A stretch of DNA of 64,000 bases from Pocillopora damicornis (taxonomy: Eukaryota), in the NCBI RefSeq assembly GCF_003704095.1, contig NW_020846655.1:62001-126000 (forward strand), read 5' to 3'. The notes beneath the pieces were generated by a model. That model was not told the origin of the DNA, ran no database searches, and was given only the letters and a program-made list of their open reading frames with translations. This document shows, piece after piece, positions 23,839 to 35,800 of the stretch. Every line of letters begins with the position of its first letter. The stretch's first letter is position 1. Position numbers and translations under genes: made by a program.

Positions 23839-26800
23839 TTAATTAAATGAAAATTTCTTAAAAGAGACTTTTTCTCTTATATTAGCCAAGCCTAATGGGT
23901 TTGTGGTTGTCTCTTTGGATATAGGACCACTAAGCAAAGGCCTGGAACAAAAGGTCATGCACAAAATGAGGAAGAAGGACTTAAGCAAACCATTATGGAC
24001 TGGGAAATTTTCTTTCATGAAGAACAGAAAGGTGGTAACTTAAAAGTTTAACAAAAGGTTACCTAAACTTACCTAATGACTGACTGATGTCTGGAACAGC
24101 AGAACCCACATCAGATGGAGAGGAAGACCTCATAATTCTGTGTGAAACATACCAACCAGAGCAAGCTCCAGCAGCTATAAACAAAAAAGAATGTCAATCT
24201 TAAAGGAAGAAAAGTAAAAAAAGGCTGTGCCAAATCAATTTAATGACTACATTTTTACATGAAGTGTAATCATTTTTCTCACATTGTAAACAATTCTGAT
24301 CCATGTCAGATGTGATTACATTATGAGACAAATGAATATACTTCAAATATAGGAAAAAATATTTTTCATGCTTAGAGCAGTACCTTTTCAGAAATAAAAG
24401 TTGTTTATGTCCAGTGATTTCTTTAATATTCTTAATCTGGGTTAAAACTACGGGAATAAATGAGGTTCTGAGCTCAAAAGAAACCCTTTACTCATGGGGT
24501 TTTCTACCTAAAACACACTAAAGTAAGTTTTTCAGTTGACTAGCACATTCAAGAACAGAACTGATATGCTGGGAGGCATTTCTAATAAAAGAGGAAAATG
24601 ACATTCCATAGACAGAATCATCTTTAAGATATGCCTGAACACAGCCTGTTACACTGAGTGACAAAGTTAATGGTAACCAGCATTGGCAAACAGCACTTGG
24701 ATCTTAGATTAAACTTCATCATTTTGTTGGAATGGAAGTTCATGAGGATTGAAAAGTAATTTGCATAGAACATCTGCAACTTTATATAATATTGTGAAAC
24801 AAGAAATTACTGAGAATGTTTCAAATCAAACTAAGTACAACTTAAATGTGTGCTTTTTCTGTTATTATGATAAGCAAATGATGCTTTTCATGAAATCACA
24901 CCCATATTCTTCCAATTTTGTCGCTCTTGTGAGTATACAACTGTATTATATATACATCAGAGTGAATTTTCAGTCATGATATAAAAGGAAAATGAACTTT
25001 TGATATCTCATATATCGATAAAACCCTTATATTAACACATACTTAGAGACAAAAGTGGAATGTACTTCTTGGGTATTTGCAGCCGGAAGAACGAAAGGCC
25101 TGAAAAAGTCACGCTACTACCTAAAAGTTGAAACAAAGAAATAATTCTGTATGTACTTACTAAATAGACAAAACCACTAAAAGTAATATTGAGGAAGTAC
25201 CACCCCCTCACCTCTACTGGTAGAGGTGAGGGGGTATCTGAGTCTGGCCCCCTTCTAAAAGAAACAATCAAATTTACACCAGAAATGGAACAGATTTCCA
25301 AAATGGGCAAAATTTCTGCAGCTTTCTGTCCATATCAATATAAGAAGAGATTCCTTCACTTCTTGCACTGCATAAGATATTCAATACATGTCATTCATGA
25401 AATATATTAAAGTTCACACGGCAACCAGGTGGACAATCAGACATTCATGTTTAGTATGTGCCAATAGATGTTGTCTCATCAGCACATTTGTCATAATATT
25501 CAACAATAATTATTCACCGAGGTGGAGGTAACTAGATGTATCTTATAAGACATTTTTGTGTGTAGTATTGCCGAGTATTCTTGCAAGTTGTGCCATATTT
25601 TAACAAGCACGTAGGGTGACTCAAAATACAAACAAGTAGAAATACTCAGCGATACTAAACACCAAAACGTCTAATAAGTTATTTATTATCCAACCGCTTT
25701 TTTTCTGCTAAGTCTTTCTGCTCACTTCTCATAAGGCAGGAAAAGCAAAGTAGATAGAGAAGTGTAGCACACACAGCTGACTGGTTAAACAGGCTTATTT
25801 TCAGTACAAAATAACCAACTGTCCAAACAACCATCCAATATCGCAGGATATTTGTACTCTATTCACCCATTATTTGTTGTCTACTTTGTGCAGTTGGATA
25901 ATAATAGTGCATATTTCCAAAGTTGCAAGGTAAATATCCACCACTTTCACAGACACTGCATCAGGATGAATAATTGTTTTATAATAAACAACACAGATAT
26001 GAAAAACTAGCTTATTTGCATCACTATACTGAAAAATGGTCAGAAAATTAATCTTTTGATATGCGATTTTGTCTCATCCACTCCTTAGAGGTGAATAGTA
26101 CTTCCTATTCACTTCTCAACTTGCCAATCAGCATGTGCAAAAAGCACTATTCACTTGCGTGGCATATACTAAATATATATACTGTTCTCAGAAGTTACTC
26201 CATGATCCTACAGTACTAGGTTCTGTTTAAAATGTTTATTGACAAAGAAAATTCAGTGATCAAAAGCACACACCACAGGTTATGTCATTTATCAGTGCCT
26301 TACAGATCAATCATTAGCCTCAGTCTTTGGCTGCAAAGGTTTCTACCAACAGATCACAGTTTTCTCAAAAGCAACCTTGTCCATTATCTTTGATTGGTGG
26401 AAAACAATTAACTGTTCCTCAAAACTGATCAACAAGTGCAACATCTATTGCGTCATGAAGATTTTTACGGACTAATTCCCTCTACTAACTCTTCTTTAGG
26501 TAAGATATGCACAAGAACAAAACTTTTATCAGAATTCTTAAGTTTAAAAATTATATATAAAGAGGCTTGCTTGTACAAGCTTACCTATTATTATTGACCA
26601 AAGGCCATACCATGCTGCCTTCCCTTGACGCTTTCTCCACTCCAATAAATCCTGTAACATCAACAGAAAATGACGCCAGGATCACAAATAAAGGACTGGC
26701 CCCGATTTTAATAACAACCCATGACATAAATAGTAATATAATTGAAACAAATATAAGTAAGATGGCCGACGTACACAAAAAATACCATTACTAACACTGC

Positions 26801-26919
26801 ATACAACATGACTTGCAGTTTATCCCATTTTTAGGAAAAAAACAAAAGACAGAAAAAAAAAAAAGATTAAGTCCACTTACAGGGCGTTCATGGGCTGTTT
26901 GTCGATTGACCCAATCCAT
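23839..26919 (-). CDS. Uncharacterised small single-pass membrane protein (4 coding exons, 85 or 106 aa)
   Basis: Exons 26919-26881, 26651-26585, 24174-24073 (or 24063) and 23941-23892 (or 23839), with canonical cag/tag acceptors and gtaag/gtaac donors, all in frame: MDWVNRQTAHERP-DLLEWRKRQGKAAWYGLWSIII-AAGACSGWYVSHRIMRSSSPSDVGSAVPDISQSL-G... There is a ~21-aa hydrophobic segment, a minus-strand AATAAA near 23600 and a CpG-rich promoter at ~27.0 kb. Confidence 0.7.
25505..26170. repeat. Nested interspersed repeats in intron 2 of the small gene
   Basis: A palindromic element (aataattattcaccgaggtggagg ... gtaaatatccaccactttcacagacact..gaataattgtttt) appears to be split by a ~375-bp second element (~25530-25905). 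Confidence 0.45.
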
Positions 26920-27046
26920 GACACAAAAATGGTGGGTACGAACTACATCACAGAGAACCCTAGAGAACCCTAGCTGCTCGAAACCCGGAGTATCATTTCG
27001 TTTCCAGTTTTAACCGCGAGAAGTCAGGTCTTCGTTTACATCGTGC

Positions 27047-27056
27047 TGCGCATGCG
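27047..27056. promoter_or_regulatory. NRF1-type palindrome TGCGCATGCG in the promoter of the small gene
   Basis: Match to the NRF1 core (GCGCATGCG) about 130 bp upstream of the ATG at 26919, within a CpG-rich patch. Confidence 0.45.
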
Positions 27057-27079
27057 AAAGATCATATGACATGACGGGA

Positions 27080-27510
27080 TATGGCGACGGAAGGGCGAAG
27101 AGCTTGTGGCGGAGACCTTTTGAGAAGCTAAAAGTTTCCATTGAACGAGGTTTGACGAGGTCCGAAACTTTAACGAGGTTTAGAACTAAGAGAAATTAAG
27201 GTCGGATTCGCCGTTGCCGTGGCCTCAAATGAGCTACGGCGATGTTTTGCATTGTCTCAGGAGTAGTTCTGGCGATTTCACGGCGGAGAAGTTTAAGTCC
27301 TATAAGAATCTTAAAGCTCACGGTTACTCTGTTTCAAGGAAAATTGGGTCGATTAAAAACTTTACAGTAAACTTCAACCCAGACATATACGCAGCACTAA
27401 AAGCCTAAGACCTGTTAAGCCTGGATCCAAGTGAGAATCTCATCTTCCTTGCCCTTAGTATCACAAAGGAGGGTGGGGATCGTAGATATATAACGGCGTA
27501 ATATGTGACT
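27080..27510 (+). pseudogene. Decayed transposon-associated ORF (N-terminal region of SWIM/YqaJ-type proteins, as in ISL2EU/Harbinger-group elements)
   Basis: WPQMSYGDVLHCLRSSSGDFTAEKFKSYKNLKAHGYSVS...AALKA resembles the recurring WPx(I/V)xYGDIxxYL...LKAYKSLxAYxYFxSG..LKAKV motif. It continues through stops and frameshifts into VKPG..SHLP..ITKEVGIV. Recognised from memory only. Confidence 0.5.
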
Positions 27511-29138
27511 AACACAATCTATAGACTGTACGAATTTACGCTACAAATAGACACTGGGGTTTATTAAAAGCAGGGTACGGTTCTTCTATGCTTTTCTTGA
27601 ATGTGCTTTTGTGGTAAAGTCATGGTGTATATGCTGTTTGAGGAAGTTGTTTACTCTAATGCTGTAGTTCAGTCTTGGGGAGTCATGCAGTCAAGATGCT
27701 GCTTTGATCTGACGTTCTGAGTTGAGGAAAAACAGCTGCCTCTGCCAGCGAGGCTTGTAGTTAATTTTACCCCAGCTAATACTTGAACATGAAAAAAACT
27801 GTGTCGGACCTTAACAACCACAAGGACTAAATGCACAAATGTTATGAAAGGGATTTTTTTTATTGGGGAATCCCCTCTCAAAAGTCATGCAGTACATCTG
27901 TTGTGCTCAATTAAGTATGAATTTTTCATTCACTTTGGTCACAAGGGGAAATTTTATTTTTATTTTTTTGTTCAATAGCAATAAAAATTATGGATTAATC
28001 ATAATATGGCTGGTCAGTTGGAAATAAGGACTATTTTTAACAAGGGTCAGATCTGAAATCTGAATTGAGGAAATTACGTGTATGTTAGTTTTAAAACAGA
28101 TAAGAGTGCGAAGTGCGATGCAAGATTGCTGTATATAAGGCCTAAGAAAAAAGAATTATTGATCTTCATGTCAGTGGATTACCTCACCACTTTAAATATT
28201 CATCAATATGCACCAGTGAAAAATTGTTAATTGGCATATGTATACATAAGTGAATCGTGCTGATTGGGCTGATTGGCTAGTTCAGAAGAGAATAGCAAGT
28301 ACTATTCACAAAGCAGACAGTATCGTTGGTATGTATACAGCCATTTGCAGAAAAGTTGTCCTAAAAAAGAAGAAAGTGCATGTAACAATCTCAGAAGGTA
28401 ATCTGGCTATCCGGTAATCAATGAATTCTAATAAGTGGAACAAATTAACATGTTCAAAAAGACTAATGAACAATGGATAAATACCGACATGCACATGAAT
28501 ATGAGAGAAAAAAACAATATAATAGTAAGATCGCTTACTATGTTGGAAAGAACCCATGGATTTTGGCGAGTTATTCATTTCTAGGTTTACTACATAAGAA
28601 AAGGCCTCATGTTGAAGACCGCTTAACTTAACAGTGCTTGATAACCTTATATTTCGTAATTCAAATCACGTTAAAGTATCAATATCGATTCGGAAAATCC
28701 TCAAAACTTGCGATTCAGCGCACACGATAACGTGCCGAATTTACTGCGTGAGGAAGAGTAAATAGCCGTGGCAGTGAAAATATGCCGAAATTTTCCGAAA
28801 TTTAGTGTGGAAGAGTGAAAAAATATTTGTGGGAGAAAGGCATTTAGTTACTTGATGGCGTGATGGATAATGGCGGCAAAGGAAAGAAAAAAAGTGGTTA
28901 ATACATGCATGAAAGCTGCAGCAAAGAAACAAATCAAACTAGCCTCTCATACCGAAGATCGCAATAAGCAAAAAGCTGTCTGAGGAGAAATTACAGACAA
29001 GTGAGGGCATATTTCCAATACCTAAAATTTTGAATGCTTGGGCGTTCAACTTCTCTGACTCTCCAGAGTTCTCTGACCTCAGTTGCTTTTATGTCATATT
29101 TGTTTACATTGTTGTTTTTTCTTGCGGATTCGAAGCGA

Positions 29139-29716
29139 GGGCTTTTGTAATTTGCGAAACGAAACAAAACGAAATGGAAAGCTGTAATTTGCTGAAAGAA
29201 AATCTGTAATTTGCGAAACGAGTATCAGTTCAGTGAATTCCACCGGCTGAAAGGATGGATCGGTCAGTTCACCACATGCATAGATTTCATACGCAACCTC
29301 GCAAATAATATCAACTATTATTAATACTTTAACCCCAACCTAAACTTTTTTTCTGCTTTCACGCCATCATCGAAGATTTTTGTTGTAAAAAAAGGACAAT
29401 GGAATGAGATTACTGCTGAGGAGGAATGCGTGACGCTTTCAATTCGGGGAAAGTGTCGCGTCACGCATTCCGATAATTCATCGCAAACGTACAAGATTTC
29501 GCAAAGTACACAACGAAGATTTTCCTTTGGCACTTTTCCTAGTTGTTATAAATTGCTGTAATCCACATTTATAGTGAATTGATCGGTTGAGTCTTCCCGC
29601 CGGTGGCCATAGTTTTGCGCACTTCTTGTTTGCAAATTACAGATATTTCGAGTTCATTTCGCAAATTACATATTTCAATTTTGTTTCGTTTGGTGTCATT
29701 CGTAAATTAAAGAAAG
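29139..29716. mobile_element. Non-autonomous DNA transposon with subterminal inverted repeats
   Basis: Left end carries repeated tgtaatttgcgaaacgaaac units; right end carries the complementary tttcgcaaattaca / gtttcgttt units. Confidence 0.6.
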
Positions 29717-29851
29717 TGTAACAGAGTGAACTAAGACTTGTGTTACTTAGAACTGCGTGACGATATAGTCATTTGGTTAAAGAATTTTTGTAGGGTTTCG
29801 TAACTTTAGTCTTTGTAATGGAAGCCCTTGAGGTTTCGTGTCACAGTTCTT

Positions 29852-30047
29852 CTGAGATTTCTGCTTCTGTCTCGTGAACTCCGAGTCGTACGAACTGTAA
29901 AGTTCATTCACAGTTTTACTGAGATTTTTGCTTCTGTCTCGTGTACTCCGAGTCGTACGAACTGTAAAGTTCATTTACAATTCTACTGAGATTTTTGCTT
30001 CTGTCTCGTGTACTTCGAGTCGCACAAACAGTAGAGCACATTTACAG
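29852..30047. repeat. 67-bp tandem repeat, ~3 copies
   Basis: Unit ctgagattt(c/t)tgcttctgtctcgtg(a/t)actccgagtcgtacgaactgtaaagttcatt.aca.... starts at 29852, 29919 and 29986. Confidence 0.9.
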
Positions 30048-30321
30048 AAAATAAACGCCGATGGGTTTTAAGAGGAATTCGAGATTCTTGATGAACCCAC
30101 TGCCATATAAGCTCTCGCTACGAACCAGCAGGAAAAAAAAGCAATGGATAAATTATGTAAACAAGAGCTCTAGAACGTCAGGTCTTCTGCTTCTTTCCGG
30201 CGACCTTCTTGCATAGATCGATCAGTTCTGCCTTTTTCTTTCCTTTTCTGCTTTCACTTAAGTGATTACCTCTCTCCCACATTTTCCACTACCACAACTC
30301 TTCATTCTTGACACCGACCAA

Positions 30322-30495
30322 TCTCGAGCCCAGGGTCATTTTAGCTCCTTGTCAGTGATATGGTCGCCAAATTCCTTGGTAAATCATGTATGAGAAATTA
30401 TTATAGGACATTATATGGACATAATATGTATTGTGGATAATAATTCCCCATGACCATACCACTCACGAGGAGCCAAAATGACCCTGGGCTCGAGA
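30322..30495. mobile_element. MITE with ~44-bp TIRs
   Basis: tctcgagcccagggtcattttagctccttgtcagtgatatggtc ... gaccataccactcacgaggagccaaaatgaccctgggctcgaga. Confidence 0.8.
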
Positions 30496-31474
30496 AGGCA
30501 ACTTCGCACCAAGCCTAGTTCTTGTGCTTGGATCGCGAGAACAAGAAAATGGCCCTCTGGTTAGCCTCAACATCACACCAGTGACGTCACAACGTCAACA
30601 TGCAGAAGTGTCAGCACAATAATAATATTCCCTCTTTATTTGGCAATATCATCATTTAGAGTAAGGTCAATCCGTGTTAGAGAATCTTGACCTTGGTCGC
30701 CTGTACAGATTTCTCGGAGTAATTGCGGAATGCCCTGCCACTTTGATCCACCTCATTTACATGTGTCGTGTGGCTTTCAAGAACGAGGCATAGCACAATA
30801 GAATCTATTATTATTCAATGACATGTAACTGAGTAGCAGGTTATTCTGCAGTTAGCCGAATCGTGGCTTCAGCACCCATAAGATTTGTTACGGCGTTGTA
30901 GTAAACCGAACATGAAGAAGCACAAGTAATTGTTCCTGTCTCCGTTGTTTAATAAGTTGCACATATCGCTGCTAAGCTCTTTTCTTTGTCTCCACATCTC
31001 GTGAGTTTCTAGAATAGTCAATTTGAACGTAAGGAATGATCTTGGTGAAAATGATACGAGTCGGGTTTACCTAAAGAACAAATCACAACTTCAGTAAAAT
31101 TGTCGAAATAAGTATGCACTCAAGCAGGGCGCTGGTCAATCCTCTTTGCTGTGTTTAGAACAAGGTTGTTTTTAAAAAGATAGTTGTGCGCCTTACCATG
31201 ACGAGCGATGCAAACTAATTATAAGGAGCTCGGCGTCCACGGGCAAGGTTACTACCACCATTTAACCACCTCTGTTGTTTCGGAGCATCCATAGTAACCT
31301 AAAAAAGAAACTTTATCATCCACACTCCATGCAACACAGCGAGGTTTAACCACTGTTTAATGAAAATAGCAACTGAGCAACACGTTCTTCTCAATAGGGT
31401 TAGAAACATTCCCACGATGCATTGCAAGGAACATTGATTTGACTTGAAGTTATCCGACCAAAAAATTAAGAACT

Positions 31475-32806
31475 ATGGCTAGAGTCAGTGAGGATCTCGT
31501 CAGGTCGGATCTCGTCAGGTCGGATCTTTACGACTACGCTCCTGCCTCAAACTTACTATTGAACGAGAAGGTGAAAGAGCTTATGGCATCTGGAAAGCCA
31601 GTATATCATCTAGCGTTCGGTCAGTCACCATTTCCAGTAATGGAGTCAGCTCGCTTGGTTCTCGCACAGAACGCCGAGAAGAATGCTTACCTTCCCGTGG
31701 CTGGAATCTCGCAGCTGAGGAACGCCATCTGTGAATTTCATCGAGAATTTGACGGTTTTGAAGTTTTGCCAGACAACGTTATTGTTGGACCAGGCTCTAA
31801 GGAACTGATCTTCCTCCTCCTCGCGGTTTTCAGTGGTGATGTCTTTGTTTTGTCTCCTACGTGGACAACATTCAAGCCCCAAGCTCGCCTTGCGCACCAC
31901 GATGCCATAGTTATTACAACTGAGTATCGGCACGACTGGCGGGTCACTCCGGACATATTAGATCGAGCTCTTAGCCGATCATCCGCGAAAAACAAAATCA
32001 TCGTTTTGGTCAACCCCGATAATCCTACGGGAACTGCTTACACTCAGGAACACTGGAAAGAATTACTGCCGGTCCTTATAAAACACAATGCCATCGTACT
32101 GTCCGATGAGATTTATGGACGTTTGAACTTTGCAGACTCTCACTGTTCATTGGTAAAGTTTTATCCAGAAGGAACCATTCTGAGTTCAGGTTTGTCTAAG
32201 TGGGCCAGTGTAGGTGGTTGGAGGGTAGGCTATCAGATCTACCCAGCTCAATTGAGACCCTTGTTAGATGCTGTCAAAAGTGCTGCAAGCCATTCTTACT
32301 CATGTGCGGCTGCACCCATGCAGTATGCTGCTGTAACTTGCTTTACTCCATCCAAAGAGTCAAAAGCTTACATAGCCCATGAATGCCGCATCCTGGCAGC
32401 CATAGCTGATTATAGTTATCAGCACCTTACAGAAGTAGGGGTGAGAGCTGTGAAACCTCAGGGTGGCTTCTACATGTTCCCTGATTTTGAAGTCATCAGA
32501 TGTGCACTTTCCAATCGGGGTATCACCACTGCACAGCAAATGTGTGATGCAATCTTTGAAGAGGTGTCAGTCGCACTCATGCCTGGAGGTCCAGCATTCC
32601 TTAGACCTTCAACAGAACTCACTGTTCGCTTGTGTTTTGTTAATTTTGACGGCAGTGTTGCATTGAAGGCCAGTATGGCCATTGGACTTCACAAACCACT
32701 TCCTGAAGGATTTGTGGAGGAACACTGTGTGCTGACAGTAGGTGGAATCCAGGCTCTCAAACAATGGACTCTTAATCAAAAGGCTAGTGTGTCTCATGAC
32801 TTGTAA
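31475..32806 (+). CDS. Intronless PLP-dependent class I/II (aspartate aminotransferase-like) aminotransferase, 443 aa
   Basis: Uninterrupted ORF with fold-type I motifs: HLAFGQSPFPV, YLPVAGISQLRNAI, IVGPGSKELI, LVNPDNPTG, LSDEIY, SGLSKWASVGGWRVGY (PLP lysine), PQGGFYMFPD, VRLCF. A 15-nt tandem duplication at 31492-31527 gives DLVRS-DLVRS-DL. Confidence 0.92.
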   Translation: MARVSEDLVRSDLVRSDLYDYAPASNLLLNEKVKELMASGKPVYHLAFGQSPFPVMESARLVLAQNAEKNAYLPVAGISQLRNAICEFHREFDGFEVLPDNVIVGPGSKELIFLLLAVFSGDVFVLSPTWTTFKPQARLAHHDAIVITTEYRHDWRVTPDILDRALSRSSAKNKIIVLVNPDNPTGTAYTQEHWKELLPVLIKHNAIVLSDEIYGRLNFADSHCSLVKFYPEGTILSSGLSKWASVGGWRVGYQIYPAQLRPLLDAVKSAASHSYSCAAAPMQYAAVTCFTPSKESKAYIAHECRILAAIADYSYQHLTEVGVRAVKPQGGFYMFPDFEVIRCALSNRGITTAQQMCDAIFEEVSVALMPGGPAFLRPSTELTVRLCFVNFDGSVALKASMAIGLHKPLPEGFVEEHCVLTVGGIQALKQWTLNQKASVSHDL

Positions 32807-35800
32807 AGCCTTTCTAACTAAAATAAGTTTGGTATGGAGTCCTTCATTATAACCTTCCTTTTTAAAGTACAACTTTATTATCAAAGCAAGTGTTCAGTGC
32901 TTAAAAAAATTTTTGAAACATACCATTTTCTTTTTTAGCAATTTTGTTAAGCAAGCTGAACATGATTGACGAAAAACTTTTTTGCCCCTTCTTTGGGACA
33001 TTTTTCTGTTCAATTTAGCATACTGGACTGACTTGCACAGTTCCTAGAGCTTGTGCAGTTCCTGAATAAACCCTATCAGGAATACTGCCTCTCCAGGGAC
33101 AGTGTGGCCTATTTTCAATGTGAAGGTTATGAAAGTAAAGGAAATTATTACCATTCAAGAAGTTCCTGACTGTCCTTGTCAGTGCAGTAGGAAATGTAAA
33201 ACAACAGTGTGGAGGTTATGAATACTGTGTTATGGTGTTAAGTGTTAAGAATGAAAATCCAGACCTTTCAACTAAAGTTCAGGATATTCTAATATTAATG
33301 CTGGACTCAAAAGTCCACTGTGTGGCACAGTGTTTCACCATATCAAATTAATTTTCCCTGAAGGTGTTCATTCCACAGTACATACCAAAGTTTCTGAGAT
33401 CAGACATCTTACAAGGTGGGAGGGGTGGAAGGCTGATGTTAATCAGTGTACCTCAGATTTTTAAGAGGCTTTAGTAAGGAATCTTGACTTCAGGCCCATA
33501 AAATAATGATAGTGGTTGTAATAGTGAGTGTGATGATTATTGTAATAGTAGTAATGATAATGATAAGAAAAATTTTAATATGCAATGACAGTATTAAAAT
33601 TGTAATTCTTTACCATTAGTGCTCTTGCCCACAGTTTTACTTTTTAAGTAAGTTCATCATTTGCTAGGAATTGGGAGGGATATTTCAACACAGAATTTAT
33701 TTATTAATGAATAGAGTTCTCAATGTAGCTAGCTTTTTTCACAAGCATGGATCAAAAGGCTGAGTGCCCAATGATTTTTGCCTGACATGAAGTGATTATT
33801 ACTATAATAGTACAAGTCCATCACTGGGTGTTGAGCAGCAGATTATGTCCCTGGTTCAGGTTGAGGAGAAATATTGTGGAAATAAAGCCTCCAACCCAAA
33901 GAACACAGCAAATTGACCTCAGCTTGGCTAAAAGTCATGCATTTTACTTTAAACCCAGTGTAACAGTCACAAGAATACCCCTATCCCATAAAAGAGATTT
34001 TGAATTCATGCGGCTATAAAAGATGCATGGTTTGCTTTCAATTTGCACCTATCCTTATTTATATCAGTATAACTGCTTGTTTGATTTCAGAGATGCACTT
34101 GCTCTGATTGTTTGAGGATTGCACTATATCATGCTTCAATTACTTAGTTCAAAGTGATCATAGTGCAGCAGCACAAGCACATCTTAATACTATCAAAAAT
34201 AGATTTTAAATGCATGCAACTGTTTTAGGATCTGGTAATATGATGTACATGCAAACTGCACTTAAGTTAACTTCACTTGAATTAGATCAATTTTCAATTT
34301 AGTGTTGAAAGTAAACCCAGGTTGCATAGGTTTTGCCTTGCTCAACTTGGTGACTGGTCTAGTAAACTTGCATCACTTACTCTCAATAATAAAAGAAAAA
34401 AGCAGGGGCATTTTCAGACTGAACTAGCCTTTATTGTCTTTATTTTAGAAGATTAACCCATAAAACTCTCTTTGAAATGTACATTGACACATTCACTACA
34501 TGTTGTCCGGTTAAATTCAGTTTTTGGTTCTGTCATGTGCAGTTCACAGATTGAACATGTGGTCTACTCACCAGAATCCACATGTTCATTTCCTTGGTGT
34601 GTCACAAATTGGAAGCAAAGGAAGAGAATGTTTTTCCTATCACAACACTTATTTGCCTCAGGCTCGGTGAACATTGTTGAATAATTAGTGGGGGTTTCAG
34701 CTAACTTTTGTTAAATATTAAAACCCATACACCACAGGTTGTCCTCCTGTTGTCCATGTGCACTGTGTGTCCCCCTTAGGAACGAATTAAGTGTGATACC
34801 ATCCTCTGCATATCATTTGGCCACATATGTCTGTGCGAGTTCTCGTATCTGAAATAATTTTCAAATTTTCCAACACAAGGTAGTGCCATAAGTTTAGCCT
34901 TTTTTACAAGTTTCAACTATTTTTTACCCTTTTAAAACTTTTTATCATTTTATTTTGCAACAAGATATCGTATGTGATTTTTATCTTATGAAATTTAAGA
35001 CTATTACCACTACTTATGAGAAATGGTAATGATATCAATAAAAAGTAATATTTCAAGAAAAAGATAAGTACAAAAAAATAACAATTCCAAAAAAACATAG
35101 AAAAAGCTTCAGGTATCCTTTACAGTTAACAGATTCTTTTCAGCAGCAGCCTTCATCACAACATGGAATGTGTTACCTGCAACTCAAAAATTAGTTTTTT
35201 GTCCCAAGTCCATCAGCCAGGCTAACAACAAGGACTTCCCACAACAGTGGACCTTTTACAGGCAGGCACAGGATTAGTCTGACCAGTAAGAGTTGGATAT
35301 CAAGGCATATTGGAACAAGAAAATTAAATTCAATCAATCAGTCGATGAGCTTTAGCTGTTTTTACAGCTTACCTTTCACTTTAAATCGAAGAAAATCGTA
35401 ACGATTGGTAGCTCCAGGTTTGTACCAAACCCCCCCCCTTTTTTTTTTTTTTTTTGTTACTCGAAAGATAATATTTAAAGCTAAGAAAAGGCTGTAAAGC
35501 GTAGTTTTTGAGGGCAAATTCGCATGTTAAAGGTGACAAATATTTGAAAGATTTCTAGTAAATCTTGAAATGTATTGGTGTTCTTTACGATCGCTCTGAA
35601 AACTTCCAGAGAGTCTTAGACTAAATACATACATACCCAATTGCGTGATTGTTACTTGCTTTACAAAAAGTGAAATGGTGTAGTAAAACTTAAGAAAATA
35701 AACTCTTTCTTGCGATATGTTTTTTTCCCTCTTGAATGTTCCATCACTTCCAAACGTCTTTCATTTCGAGACCCACTCCTTCCTTAATTTCCGTCTCCGC

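Noticed and set aside
26581-26778. 65-aa hydrophobic ORF from the track as the real product
   Set aside because: It runs from intron sequence into exon 2 in a different frame from the spliced model, which has better splice and phase support.
29852-30047. CRISPR-like array
   Set aside because: Units are contiguous with no unique spacers, there are no cas genes, and the context is eukaryotic.
35109-35160. Box C/D snoRNA on the minus strand (GTGATGA...CTGA)
   Set aside because: Only ~50 nt between the boxes, with no clear terminal stem or rRNA guide recognised.
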